Assembly: GCA_016873795.1 (NCBI GenBank)
Contig: VGWA01000001.1
Coordinates: forward strand, 2,344-66,343
From: Ignavibacteria bacterium
GTDB lineage: Bacteria; Bacteroidota; Ignavibacteria; Tepidaquicellales; Tepidaquicellaceae
Direction of reading: 5' to 3'
Length of the DNA stretch: 64,000 nt
Each line of letters starts with the position of its first letter. The first letter of the stretch is position 1. The notes beneath the pieces are model-generated. The model was not told the DNA's origin and ran no database searches. It saw only the letters and a list, made by a program, of their open reading frames with translations. The translations under genes were made by a program, and so were the position numbers. Shown here one piece after another: positions 1-10,068 of the stretch.

Positions 1-496
1 CGCTTAACACGGTAAACTTTTTAGTGTTTTTATAATTTTTTTTGAAATTATCAATCGAGTTAGAAACCCATACTTCGTTAGCTTTTTTCATATTTTCATC
101 AAACTTTGGAGCATCACTTACTCCCCTTTTAATGTACTCAAGATAATCCATGATTGCAGATTTGGGATTATCCAGTCTTTTATTCAGTTCTTTTTCTTTT
201 TCTTTCAGCTTTTCTTTTTTATCTTTAACTTTTGTTGTATCTTTCACTTTTACAGAATCATGCACCGGAGACTCAATTGTACTGGTATCGGAAATCCCGC
301 TTTTTTGTTCACATTCTCTTAATTTTTGTTCAAGGAACTCAATTCTTGTCATGAGTTCTTTTTCTTTATCGGGTGACATTTCCTTCTGCTGTTCGGGTAT
401 AACAGTTTGTTCATCCTCTTTTTTGCAGGATGAAAAAACCAATAACCACATTACAGATGAAAATAATATTGTTATTATTAATAATTTATTTTTCAT
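1..496 (-). CDS. Partial CDS (3' end runs off the left edge): predicted lipoprotein with a Lys/Glu-rich segment
   Basis: It is absent from the ORF track because there is no stop codon in the window. My translation of the minus strand from the ATG at 496..494 gives MKNKLLIITILFSSVMWLLVFSSCKKEDEQTVIPEQQKEMSPDKEKEL...KVKDKKEKLKEKEKELNKRL. That is a signal peptide plus a lipobox-like FSSC, and the frame stays open to position 1. Confidence 0.55.
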   Translation of the reverse strand, partial: MKNKLLIITILFSSVMWLLVFSSCKKEDEQTVIPEQQKEMSPDKEKELMTRIEFLEQKLRECEQKSGISDTSTIESPVHDSVKVKDTTKVKDKKEKLKEKEKELNKRLDNPKSAIMDYLEYIKRGVSDAPKFDENMKKANEVWVSNSIDNFKKNYKNTKKFTVLS

Positions 497-625
497 TTTA
501 GATATTATTTATAAATACAAAATATATTTTTTGTTTAACATATTCAATTTAATCATTTTGACTGTTTCTAAAAGAAACGACGAATTCTTTTAAGAATCGT
601 CACAGCAAATATCATGCAGACCATA

Positions 626-1630
626 TTAACACCTTCTTAACTCTTTAAATATTATGTTTATTAATTTCGATAAATTTTCTCCGGTAATTGACGATATCAT
701 AACCTTGTTTTTCTTTGTTCTAAGTCTTTTAATATTCAACCTTGTTTCTTCAGATATCGCATCAATCTTTGTAAAACATAAAATCTGCGGTTTAGACAGT
801 AGCATTCTATTATATTTCTTTAACTCATTTTCCAATATATAATAATCTTCGAGTAAACTATCGGAATTCGATAATTTCGTTGAATCTACTAGAAAAACAA
901 GAATTTTTGTCCTTTCAATATGCCGTAAAAATTGAATTCCCAGTCCTTTTCCCTTTGATGCACCTTCAATCAGACCGGGAATATCCGCAACAACAAAAGA
1001 ACTGAAATCTCTTCTCTGTTTGTTTCGTACAATTCCCAGGTTCGGAGTAAGAGTAGTAAACGGATAGTCGGCAATTTTGGGTTTTGCAGAAGATATAACA
1101 GAAATTAAAGTAGATTTCCCGGCATTGGGCAACCCTACAAGCCCTACATCAGCAATTAATTTTAACTCAACGATAATTTCTTTTTCAATGCCAGGTTTTC
1201 CTTTTTCAGCATATCTCGGGGCTTGATTTACAGCCGATTTAAAATGCGTGTTACCTCTCCCGCCTTTTCCTCCTTTTAATATTATTTCTTTCTGGCCATC
1301 ATACACGAGTTCTGCAAGAATATCATTTGTAAATAAATCTTTTATCACGGTTCCGCAAGGTACTGTTACGACCTTATCTTTACCGTTTTTACCCTTTTTA
1401 TCTCCTCCCTGCCCATGCATACCTCTTTGAGCGTTATAAAACTTTTTATATTTTAAATCCAGGAGTGTCGATAAATGAGAAGATGCCTGAAAGACTATGT
1501 TTCCGCCGTCACCGCCGTCACCGCCGTTAGGACCTCCGCGAGGTACAAATTTTTCCCTGCGAAAACTCACACATCCGTTTCCTCCTGCACCCGATTTTAT
1601 TTTTATTACAGCAAAATCTACAAATTTCAT
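626..1630 (-). CDS. obg: GTPase Obg/CgtA
   Basis: The N-terminus has the Obg fold signature MKFVDFAVIKIKSGAGGNGCVSFRREKFVPRGGPNGGDGGDGGNIVF. G-domain motifs are GLPNAGKST and DIPGLIEGAS. Confidence 0.95.
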   Translation of the reverse strand: MKFVDFAVIKIKSGAGGNGCVSFRREKFVPRGGPNGGDGGDGGNIVFQASSHLSTLLDLKYKKFYNAQRGMHGQGGDKKGKNGKDKVVTVPCGTVIKDLFTNDILAELVYDGQKEIILKGGKGGRGNTHFKSAVNQAPRYAEKGKPGIEKEIIVELKLIADVGLVGLPNAGKSTLISVISSAKPKIADYPFTTLTPNLGIVRNKQRRDFSSFVVADIPGLIEGASKGKGLGIQFLRHIERTKILVFLVDSTKLSNSDSLLEDYYILENELKKYNRMLLSKPQILCFTKIDAISEETRLNIKRLRTKKNKVMISSITGENLSKLINIIFKELRRC

Positions 1631-1732
1631 ATTCTTCGAGTTTATATTTATTCAGATTTCTTCAACAAGTTATATTTTTCAGACAATCAACAAACCGAGC
1701 CGGAAATTTTTTCTACCCCCAATGCACTAAAG

Positions 1733-2743
1733 TCAATAATTTTCCGCTCTTTCTTTACTTAAAAAATAGTCGTTAAGTTTATCTACAAATTTAATTATTT
1801 TTTTCCTGTTTATGTTTATATTATTTTCAATAAAATATTTTTTCAGAAAATCCATTGCATCATCCCAGCGATTCATAGCAGAAAGTTTTCGGAAGGTCTC
1901 ATTAAATAAAGTTTTATCCGCTCTGAATAATTTTTTTATAATAAAATCAAGTTCTTCTTTGGAGAATAATTCCACCAGCCCGTTTTTGATTCCCATATCA
2001 TGTTCTTCAATATCGGTTTTCGGAACGGTAACTTCGAAAATATTTTTAGTTTCTTCAGTTCTGTCATTTTTTTTTCCCTGCATATTCAGTACATAAAGAC
2101 TGTCGGCAGAATATGTGTCAAATTCTTCCGTTCTGGGTTTTGTACCTGCCAGGGATTCATATTTTCCAAGAAGAATTTTTATTACAGTTTTAAAATCTAA
2201 TTCATCTGAATCTTTATAATCATCCGCATTTTTAAATTTTTCTATCAAATCCTGAAAGTATGGTTTTTTATCTTCAAGAAAAAGACGGATAAAAAAGTAT
2301 GGAATAACAGACTCAAGTGTAATTTCAAAAGAATCTTCAGACTTAACAGAATACACATAAAGAAAGAAGTTTTTTATTTTGACACTTGTAAGGTCTGTTA
2401 CGAATTTTGTATACAGCAATTGATTAGTTTCGAGAAGAATTTCTTCCGTGCGTTTACGGGTAAGTACCACCAAGCCAACATCATTAATATAATTAAGAAT
2501 ATTATCCAGATAATATTTATAATAATCAAAAATTTTGAGTTTTGATACTACATCCTCTGCGGGCTTGGAATCATAACCTCCGAATAAAAAATTCAATAAA
2601 GTCCAGTTTGGACGAAGTGTGTAATTAATTTTCAATATTATTGATTTTTCAATCAGAGAAAATAATTTCTCCTTGGTTCTAATATCAGGAGATTCTGTTT
2701 GTATAAACCTTTTAATATACGGTGAAAGAGAAGACAATTTCAC
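1733..2743 (-). CDS. Hypothetical protein (336 aa), no recognisable domain
   Basis: Long ORF with a GTG start, on the same strand as obg and immediately upstream of it. I could identify no catalytic or binding motifs. Confidence 0.6.
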   Translation of the reverse strand: MKLSSLSPYIKRFIQTESPDIRTKEKLFSLIEKSIILKINYTLRPNWTLLNFLFGGYDSKPAEDVVSKLKIFDYYKYYLDNILNYINDVGLVVLTRKRTEEILLETNQLLYTKFVTDLTSVKIKNFFLYVYSVKSEDSFEITLESVIPYFFIRLFLEDKKPYFQDLIEKFKNADDYKDSDELDFKTVIKILLGKYESLAGTKPRTEEFDTYSADSLYVLNMQGKKNDRTEETKNIFEVTVPKTDIEEHDMGIKNGLVELFSKEELDFIIKKLFRADKTLFNETFRKLSAMNRWDDAMDFLKKYFIENNININRKKIIKFVDKLNDYFLSKERAENY

Positions 2744-3063
2744 GGTATTATAATCGAATTTCTCAAAAGAGCTTATTTTTTGCAGTTCGTTACTGTACTT
2801 TTTTTAATTAAATCATCCAAACATCTTTAAAAATTAAAAATTATATATATACGCACCTAATTCTTTTTCCGACTGAAGGAGTAAATTCGTAAATATAAAA
2901 ATATTTATTACCGCAAAAAAATTTACGACTATTTATAATTACGCTGTAAAAAATATTCTAAAGCTCTGACTTTAGCAAGGTGAGTAATTTGACATTATGA
3001 AACAATTATTTAAAACGCATAAGTTCTAAATAATATAAATGCAAAACTAAAGTCGTGCAGTTT

Positions 3064-3414
3064 TTATTTTACCAGATTGAATTTTTCGCCGAATTGTCCA
3101 ATTAACGGAAGAGGTTGTACTTTTCCACCAAACGCATTAATAATTCCCATTATCCAAAACACGATACCGGGGATATACAGAATAAAACCTATACCGCAGG
3201 TTATAGCACCAATTATAGAGGCAACTATAAAAGAGATAAAGTTAAAAATAGCAAGTACAATTGCTTGTTCTGTGTGAAACATCACATATCTGTTTTTTTT
3301 GGCATCTTCAACAAGCAGGGGTATGAAGAATATTAAATATGCCACAAATGCCATAGTTTTCCCGGACTCAATCTCCTGGGGAGTAATATTAATGTTTCTT
3401 GTGCTTTCTGCCAT
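3064..3414 (-). CDS. Small integral membrane protein, DUF4870-like
   Basis: Two or three hydrophobic helices, and the segment VMFHTEQAIVLAIFNFISF resembles the DUF4870 family. The family assignment is from memory. Confidence 0.6.
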   Translation of the reverse strand: MAESTRNINITPQEIESGKTMAFVAYLIFFIPLLVEDAKKNRYVMFHTEQAIVLAIFNFISFIVASIIGAITCGIGFILYIPGIVFWIMGIINAFGGKVQPLPLIGQFGEKFNLVK

Positions 3415-3490
3415 AATTCGCCCTTCTTTAATTTTTAAAAAACTTATTAAAATTAACGATATATCATAAATAATTCAATTATGAAATTAA

Positions 3491-3997
3491 TTAATAAGGA
3501 GAAATATTTTTTGCAAAATCATAAGGTAAATTTCTTAATATTCCGAATAATAACATAATGAACAAAAAGACAATAGTAATTATCAGCGGTGATTTCGGAA
3601 CCGGCAATCTTTTATCAAACAACAAAAAAATTTCATATATAATCCAGTACAGAATAAATGGTGTCAATAAAATAATGAGAAAATTATACCTGAAAGCTTC
3701 CAAAAAATTTCCATGAAGAAGCAAATGCAAACTTCTCATTCCTCCGCAGCCCGGACAATTATATCCGGTCAATTCCTTAAAAACACAGGGTGGATAATAA
3801 TAATACTCCGAAGGATCCAATAAAAAAAAAACAAATAAAATTAACAAACCGCCAAGAATAAAAATTAAAGACATAATTTTTCTGTTTTTTGTGATTTTTT
3901 TGTTTTTTTCCGTTCTCCCGTAGTACAGAAAATTTTTTAAACGAAAATCTTTGTTATCGGGATCACTTATTATTTTATTGTTCTTTTGAATATCCAA
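3491..3997 (-). CDS. DUF2752 domain membrane protein
   Basis: The motif TGYNCPGCGGMRSLHLLLHGNFLEAFRYN matches the DUF2752 CPxCG-TR signature and is followed by TM helices. Confidence 0.7.
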   Translation of the reverse strand: MDIQKNNKIISDPDNKDFRLKNFLYYGRTEKNKKITKNRKIMSLIFILGGLLILFVFFLLDPSEYYYYPPCVFKELTGYNCPGCGGMRSLHLLLHGNFLEAFRYNFLIILLTPFILYWIIYEIFLLFDKRLPVPKSPLIITIVFLFIMLLFGILRNLPYDFAKNISPY

Positions 3998-4052
3998 TTG
4001 ATAATTTTTCGGTAAAGTTTCAAATATAAAAAAAGAAGATATTAATGATAAG

Positions 4053-5948
4053 TTAAATTCCTTTATAAAATTCTTTAATCAGGTTAAATATATTATAGTT
4101 TGATATTGCCGATGGATTTATCATTCCATTTTTAATTTTATTATTTATATTTCCAATGATTTGCAGAGCCAATGAATCTTTTTTTGTGTTTGTATAAATT
4201 GATAGAAGATTTATCTGAGGTTCAATAAAATAAGGAAATTTCCCCATAATAAAATTATATTTTTCAACAGCCTTTGAAGTGTTTCCTGTTTTATATAAAG
4301 CTGCTGCCTCATTGTTTAATATGGAAGGATTATACGGAGCAATTTTCAAAGCGTTCTGATAATTCAGCAATGCAGTATCATAATTTCCTTTTACATAATA
4401 ACCTGTACCGTTATAATATGACAACGGTGTTTTATTTGGATCTACAGGATAAATCAGATTATTAATATTTTCAAGACGACTAATCATTGAAGAATAATCC
4501 GATGAAAACTTAAATTTCATCGCTTCAGTATAGATTTTTTCATAACGATATCTTGTGAAATTAAAAAATAAAACTGCCGTCACAAGAAGTAAAAGAACGG
4601 ACAATGTAACCTTAAAATTAAATTTTACATTATACGAAAGTATTTTCCTGAAAATACTGCTTATTTTTTTCTTACTTAAAACATGAACGGGAAAGCCGGC
4701 AAACGAAAATCCCACCGCAGTAAAAAACAATATTAACACAGAAATGTTATCAAGAGGAAAGGAAAAGAAAAATAATATTAAAATATTTATCAACACCAAT
4801 AAGAAAGGAAGATAATTTACTTGTTTAAAGCTTTTTTTAATGAGCAGCATAACGGATATAACCGATATTGAGAAAAAAGCCGTAAATCCAAAGATTCCGT
4901 TTTCATTCAAAATCTGCAGATACTCATTATGCGGATTTAATCCGGGTACATACTTAATGTTCTCATCCGTAAACATATTTCCGTTGTAGAACGGAAAGTA
5001 ACTGAACCAATTATCTGTTCCCACCCCAAAAAAAGGATAACCTTTAAATATTTCGAGGGATGTATTCCAGAATAAAAGTCTCGCCTGATTAGGAGAATAC
5101 GCATCGTTAAAAATACTTTTTACTACAAATATCAGATTGTTTCTTTCGGGGTCAGACGAAAGTGAAAAGTAATTAACAAAAAAAAACGAAATTAAAAGGA
5201 AAAACAACAACAGAAAAAGTTTTATAAAAATAGTTGTTTTAAGAGGAAGAACAAAGTGACTAAAAGATTTCTTTCTGTAAAAAGTAATCATAAGGATTAA
5301 AAAAATCATCATTGTAACGACGAATGAAACGAATGATGCTCTTGTTCTAAGAATTAGTAAATAAGTATAGGATATTAACAGTGAAATCAGGCATAAAATA
5401 ACTGTTTTTTTGTGTTTTGAGAAGAAATAATAAAAAATGCTAAAAATTACAGCAGTGCTGATATACTCTGCTGCAAAATTTCGTATTCCTAAAGTTGAAC
5501 CCGGACGATTTCTGCTTATATATAAAAATTCAATTCCCAATAATTGAATAAAACCTAAAGCAGAAATAATTACCGAAGCAACTATAATTGTAAAAGATAT
5601 GTATTTTAAAAAATCGTTTAATTCCATTATATTTGAAACAATGACAAGAAAGTAAGAAAACATGAAAAAACACAAGAATCGAACTGTTTTATTCAATGAA
5701 ACAATAAAACTATCATTTATAATAGATGATAAAAATATAAAAACAAAAAACAAAAGAGAAAGCAGAAGAAGTACATTATTAAGTTGAGCCTTGCCTGATT
5801 TCAATGATACTGTAAAAACCGAGATTACTGAAAGAAGAAAGAACAGAGAAAAAATAAAGTTATGAAAGATATTGACATCGATAAGATTATTGTCAAAAAA
5901 AACAGGTACTAAAAATACAAGACAGAATAACAAAGGCAGTTTTTTCAT
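4053..5948 (-). CDS. O-antigen ligase/polymerase family (Wzy_C-like) polytopic membrane protein with C-terminal TPR repeats
   Basis: There are more than 10 TM helices, a periplasmic loop (NPHNEYLQILNENGIFG) typical of the O-antigen ligase family, and a TPR-like C-terminus (ALLNYQNALKIAPYNPSILNNEAAALYKTGNTSKAVEKY). Confidence 0.75.
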   Translation of the reverse strand: MKKLPLLFCLVFLVPVFFDNNLIDVNIFHNFIFSLFFLLSVISVFTVSLKSGKAQLNNVLLLLSLLFFVFIFLSSIINDSFIVSLNKTVRFLCFFMFSYFLVIVSNIMELNDFLKYISFTIIVASVIISALGFIQLLGIEFLYISRNRPGSTLGIRNFAAEYISTAVIFSIFYYFFSKHKKTVILCLISLLISYTYLLILRTRASFVSFVVTMMIFLILMITFYRKKSFSHFVLPLKTTIFIKLFLLLFFLLISFFFVNYFSLSSDPERNNLIFVVKSIFNDAYSPNQARLLFWNTSLEIFKGYPFFGVGTDNWFSYFPFYNGNMFTDENIKYVPGLNPHNEYLQILNENGIFGFTAFFSISVISVMLLIKKSFKQVNYLPFLLVLINILILFFFSFPLDNISVLILFFTAVGFSFAGFPVHVLSKKKISSIFRKILSYNVKFNFKVTLSVLLLLVTAVLFFNFTRYRYEKIYTEAMKFKFSSDYSSMISRLENINNLIYPVDPNKTPLSYYNGTGYYVKGNYDTALLNYQNALKIAPYNPSILNNEAAALYKTGNTSKAVEKYNFIMGKFPYFIEPQINLLSIYTNTKKDSLALQIIGNINNKIKNGMINPSAISNYNIFNLIKEFYKGI

Positions 5949-6034
5949 GTTGTTTGATAGATGTTTAAATATAGTATAAAAAAAAACGAATTTTAATGCA
6001 TTAGCAGATTAACATTCATACTCAATAATTTAAA

Positions 6035-7297
6035 ATGGCAATAAAATTAAAAACAACAAAGCCGACAAAAAGAGACAGTGTTTTTCTGCTATACTTAAAC
6101 ATTTTCGAAAGACTGTTTTTCTTTTTTATTTTTCTTCTAATCGCAAGAAATTTTCCCGCAGATATATACGGAAACCTTATAACGTTACTGACAGCCGCGT
6201 CTATAATTGCATACGTTCTTGATATGGGTTTACCTGTATTTTTCCAAAGAGAAATAGCTTCTGGTATCAAGGACCCAAATAAACTATTCAGCAATATAAT
6301 ACTTATCGTTTTTGTAAAATTTTTCGTTTATTCCACAATATTCTTTTTTATTTATATCATTTTCTTTAAAAGCATAAACAGCGGATTATTTTCGGTCATA
6401 CTGGTTATGGTTTACTTAAATTCACTTGCCGGATTACTGAATTCCGCATTGTCGGGTATAAATCATTATAAGAGCCAGTTTATTTCTTCTTTCATTCCGC
6501 GTTTATTAATATTAATGATTTTCATAATTTCTATATATGTATTTCACTCAAATTTGTTCTGGCTTTTCACAATATTATTAGCCGGAACTTTTTTACAAAA
6601 TGTTTTACTTTTTTACAATACCGTTACTTCAGGTTTATCTTTTTCCTTCAAAGAACTGGACTTTAAATTGACGACCGGAATTTTAAAAACATCAATCCCT
6701 CTGGCACTTGCTGTTATTTTCAACTTTCTTTATGATAAAATTGATGTTCTTATTATCGCATCTTTAAAAAATTATACCGAAGTCGGTTATTATAATGTCG
6801 GATACGGAATTTACAAAGCTTCCAATATTACATTCACATTTTTATTAACTGCAGGATTAACAAGGGTATCTTACTTAAGCAAGCGTCCGGCGGCTGTAAA
6901 ATTATTTTTCTGGAAATACTTAAAAATTCTGTTCTGGATATCTCTAATTATAAATATACTATTATTAACCGGAGCAGAACCAATTATAGAACTACTTTAC
7001 ACTTCAAAATTTCAAGCTTCAATCCCTGTTTTACAAATATTATCGTTTTCAGTGTTTGCACTTGCGGCAAACAATCTGACCGGAACAATACTTAACGGGA
7101 CAAAGAATTACCGGGCAAATATGTATATTACCCTGAGCGGTTTAATCATAAACATAATAATGAATTTGTTTTTAATACCGGCTTACGGAATAATCGGAGC
7201 AGTATTCGCAACCTTGATTACAGAATATTTCATCTTTTTTGGAGATACGGTCTTTATTATTAAATTCTGCAGAAAAAATATTCCGTACGTTAAATAA
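6035..7297 (+). CDS. Polysaccharide/O-unit flippase (Wzx-like, MOP superfamily)
   Basis: A 420-aa polytopic membrane protein in a glycan-cluster context, with a C-terminal LIPAYGIIGAVFATLITEY motif typical of Wzx/MATE-like flippases. Confidence 0.75.
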   Translation: MAIKLKTTKPTKRDSVFLLYLNIFERLFFFFIFLLIARNFPADIYGNLITLLTAASIIAYVLDMGLPVFFQREIASGIKDPNKLFSNIILIVFVKFFVYSTIFFFIYIIFFKSINSGLFSVILVMVYLNSLAGLLNSALSGINHYKSQFISSFIPRLLILMIFIISIYVFHSNLFWLFTILLAGTFLQNVLLFYNTVTSGLSFSFKELDFKLTTGILKTSIPLALAVIFNFLYDKIDVLIIASLKNYTEVGYYNVGYGIYKASNITFTFLLTAGLTRVSYLSKRPAAVKLFFWKYLKILFWISLIINILLLTGAEPIIELLYTSKFQASIPVLQILSFSVFALAANNLTGTILNGTKNYRANMYITLSGLIINIIMNLFLIPAYGIIGAVFATLITEYFIFFGDTVFIIKFCRKNIPYVK

Positions 7298-7304
7298 TTT
7301 TTAT

Positions 7305-7982
7305 ATGTGTACTTCTAACTGGCAGAATATTTCATATAACATAGATTTAATCAGAAAAATTAATCCGAAAAGTATTCTTGACTTAGGAGTCGGATTCGGA
7401 AGATGGGGAATATTATCAAGAGAATTTCTTGAGATATGGGACAATGAAAAATATCCGACAAGATGGGAGGGAGTGATAGACGGAGTTGAAATTTTTTCCG
7501 ATTACATTAAGCCTTATCATTATTTGTTTTATAACGAGATACATTTTACTGATGCTCTATTCTTTATGCGGGAAAACAAAAAAAAATACGATTTAATTAT
7601 ATGCGGGGATATAATAGAACACATGGAAAAAGAAGATGGTCTTGAACTTGTTTCTCTTTGCCTAAAAAATGCGAAGTATTTATTAATCAATATACCTTTG
7701 GGTAAAAACTGGGTACAAACAAAAAAATACGACAATATATATGAAGAGCATAAAAGCGTATGGGAAAAGAAAGACTTCAAAAAATACAAACACAAAAAAA
7801 TAAAGATCTTCGATGATATCTGGCTTAGAAAATTTGCCGTGGTTTTACTTTCTGAAAACATTTTAACCTACAGAAAAGATTTTAAAACGAAATACGGAAA
7901 ATATTTCCGCATAAAAAATATTCTGAATAACAAATTACATCTTAAAATTATTACGAGATATATTGAAAAAATCAAAAAATAA
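7305..7982 (+). CDS. Class I SAM-dependent methyltransferase
   Basis: SAM-binding motif I is ILDLGVGFGRWG, and an acidic post-II segment is LIICGDIIEHM. I chose the ATG at 7305 rather than the track start at 7239 because it removes the overlap with the flippase gene. Confidence 0.75.
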   Translation: MCTSNWQNISYNIDLIRKINPKSILDLGVGFGRWGILSREFLEIWDNEKYPTRWEGVIDGVEIFSDYIKPYHYLFYNEIHFTDALFFMRENKKKYDLIICGDIIEHMEKEDGLELVSLCLKNAKYLLINIPLGKNWVQTKKYDNIYEEHKSVWEKKDFKKYKHKKIKIFDDIWLRKFAVVLLSENILTYRKDFKTKYGKYFRIKNILNNKLHLKIITRYIEKIKK

Positions 7983-9081
7983 AATAAGAGTAGTTTACGT
8001 CGGTTCATTTGAAAAGGAGGAAATTCTTTCCGGTCCTGAGAAAGTAGCAAAGAGAATATTTACGGAATTCTCCGGAGAAGAAAAATCTTTATTTATAACA
8101 TATTTTCAGGAGGGGAAAAAATTCGGTTACCTCAAAAAATTATTCGGAAATGAAACAATCTGTAAAATAAATAAAAGTGAAGTAATAATGTGCGGATTAT
8201 TTCCTTTTTTGATTAAGATTATTTCGGTTAATCCTCAAATAATACATTTAATAACATTTAGCAGATTTGCTGTTATAGTTCTCGTTTTGAAATATTTTAT
8301 GGTTTTTAAGCTGTTCTTTAATTTACACGGAATAGTTACTCACGAAAACAGATACTTCAGGAAAGAATCAAAATTTACGGAATTGAAAAATAAAATTATT
8401 GAAGAACTAATAATAAAATTCTGCGATTTTATTTTCTGTTTATCAGAAGACAATAAAAAATTACTGCATCAATATTATAATATCAACGATAAAAAAATGT
8501 TTCTAATAAACAATGGTGTCGATGAAGTGTTTTTTAACGTAAATAAAAGAATTCACTTTTCAGCATCAACCGTACTAAAAATTGTATTTATATCTGACAT
8601 AACCAGAGCAGAAAAAGGGTTTGTTTTTTTAAGAGATAGTTTAAACGAAGTAAATTTTGACTGTGAATTACATATTATAAGCGAAAATAAAAAGTTGTTA
8701 ATAATAAATAAACATTTCAAAATATTTTATTACAACTTTATGAATCCATCTGAACTGGCAGAGTTTTTCGCAGATAAAGATATTATTATATCAGCAAGTT
8801 TTTATGAACCTTTTGGAATTTCAATTGCAGAAGCCGTAGTATCAGGACTGTTGCCTGTAGTGACTGAAGAAACAGGTTTTTCAAGATTTATAACAAATAA
8901 GGTTAACGGTTATGTTTATAAATACGGAAACAAAAACGAACTTGCAACAATTTTAAACATTTTAAATTTGAACAGAGGCGAATTATTCAAAGCTAATGAA
9001 AATTCAATTAATAAATATAATGAATTAAAATGGAGTAATATTCTAAGTTTATATAAGAAATATTATTTTAGCAACCGATAA
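7963..9081 (+). CDS. Glycosyltransferase family 4 (GT-B, GT1-type)
   Basis: The N-terminus KIRVVYVGSF and the EX7E-type motif FYEPFGISIAEAVVSGLLPVV support the call. The start is TTG and overlaps the previous gene by 20 nt. Confidence 0.8.
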   Translation: MKKSKNKIRVVYVGSFEKEEILSGPEKVAKRIFTEFSGEEKSLFITYFQEGKKFGYLKKLFGNETICKINKSEVIMCGLFPFLIKIISVNPQIIHLITFSRFAVIVLVLKYFMVFKLFFNLHGIVTHENRYFRKESKFTELKNKIIEELIIKFCDFIFCLSEDNKKLLHQYYNINDKKMFLINNGVDEVFFNVNKRIHFSASTVLKIVFISDITRAEKGFVFLRDSLNEVNFDCELHIISENKKLLIINKHFKIFYYNFMNPSELAEFFADKDIIISASFYEPFGISIAEAVVSGLLPVVTEETGFSRFITNKVNGYVYKYGNKNELATILNILNLNRGELFKANENSINKYNELKWSNILSLYKKYYFSNR

Positions 9082-9096
9082 AAAAATTTTCGAGAA

Positions 9097-10068
9097 ATGA
9101 ACAATACTCTTGTCTCAATATTAATGCCTGTAAAAGATTCAGAAAAGTATATAAGCCTGGCAATTCGGAGCATAATAAATCAGACATACAGAAATTTAGA
9201 GCTAATCATAATTGATGCCTCAAGAGACAATACAGAAAAAAAAATAAAAGAATTTAACGACAACCGTATAAAGCATATAAAAGACATACACGGAAATCTT
9301 TCAACCGCCTTAAACAAAGCCATAACTTTATCCAGTGGTGAATATATAGCAAGGATGGACGGTGACGATATTTCAGACTCAACAAGGATTGAACAACAAT
9401 ATAATTATATAAATAAATATCCGGAAACAGATGTTGTTGGAACGAATTATACTGTTATAGATAGAACCGGGAAAAAAATATTCATCAAGAAAATGCCGGA
9501 ATTAAATGATGACATCGAATATATGATGCCTATAATAACATCTGTTCTTCATCCGACTATATTTACGAGGAAAAAAGTTTTAATCGAAGCAGGTCTTTAC
9601 AGGGAAGATATAGTTTATGCAGAAGACACAGAACTCTTTATCAGATTAATAAGGAAGGGATACAGATTTTACAACATACAAAAACCATTATATTTTTACA
9701 GAATCAGCAATAAAGACAAAACCATATATCATAAAGCCGACGAAGTTTCTTATAACTTAGGATTTGAATATCTCAAACAATATTACAACAAAATAAAAGA
9801 CAGAAGATCCGAGTATGATAAAAATTACAGATTCGGTCTACTTGAGTATTACAAAGGCAGCATTAAAAAATCAAAGTGTTACTTCTTAAAATGCCTGATA
9901 ATTAATCCACTAAAGCTTCACAAAATTTTCAGGTATTTGATTTTATCAATATCAGGAAAAGCAATACTTGGAACCCTGAGAAAGACAAAAACAACACAGA
10001 GAATAAATTTCACAATTAACCGCATACTTAAATTGGACACCAACAAAATAAAGAGAATATACAAATAA
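9097..10068 (+). CDS. Glycosyltransferase family 2
   Basis: VSILMPVKDSEKYISLAIRSIINQTYRNLELIIIDASRDNT plus the DxD-type ARMDGDDIS motif. Confidence 0.9.
   Translation: MNNTLVSILMPVKDSEKYISLAIRSIINQTYRNLELIIIDASRDNTEKKIKEFNDNRIKHIKDIHGNLSTALNKAITLSSGEYIARMDGDDISDSTRIEQQYNYINKYPETDVVGTNYTVIDRTGKKIFIKKMPELNDDIEYMMPIITSVLHPTIFTRKKVLIEAGLYREDIVYAEDTELFIRLIRKGYRFYNIQKPLYFYRISNKDKTIYHKADEVSYNLGFEYLKQYYNKIKDRRSEYDKNYRFGLLEYYKGSIKKSKCYFLKCLIINPLKLHKIFRYLILSISGKAILGTLRKTKTTQRINFTINRILKLDTNKIKRIYK

Noticed and set aside
150-593. Track ORF of 147 aa on the plus strand (MIADLGLSSLLFSSFSFSFSFSF...)
   Set aside because: It is the antisense shadow of the minus-strand lipoprotein CDS (1..496). The translation is low-complexity S/F-rich, which is typical of reading a K/E-rich gene backwards.
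2968-3054. 8-bp inverted repeat GACTTTAG / CTAAAGTC separated by about 70 nt, reminiscent of the AAAGTC core of the 13-mer
   Set aside because: An 8-bp inverted repeat at that spacing is roughly what chance predicts in a 320-bp AT-rich region, and there is no extended pairing.
7239-7304. 5' extension of the methyltransferase ORF overlapping the flippase gene by 59 nt
   Set aside because: The in-frame ATG at 7305 gives a normal N-terminus just after the flippase stop. The extension is probably not translated.
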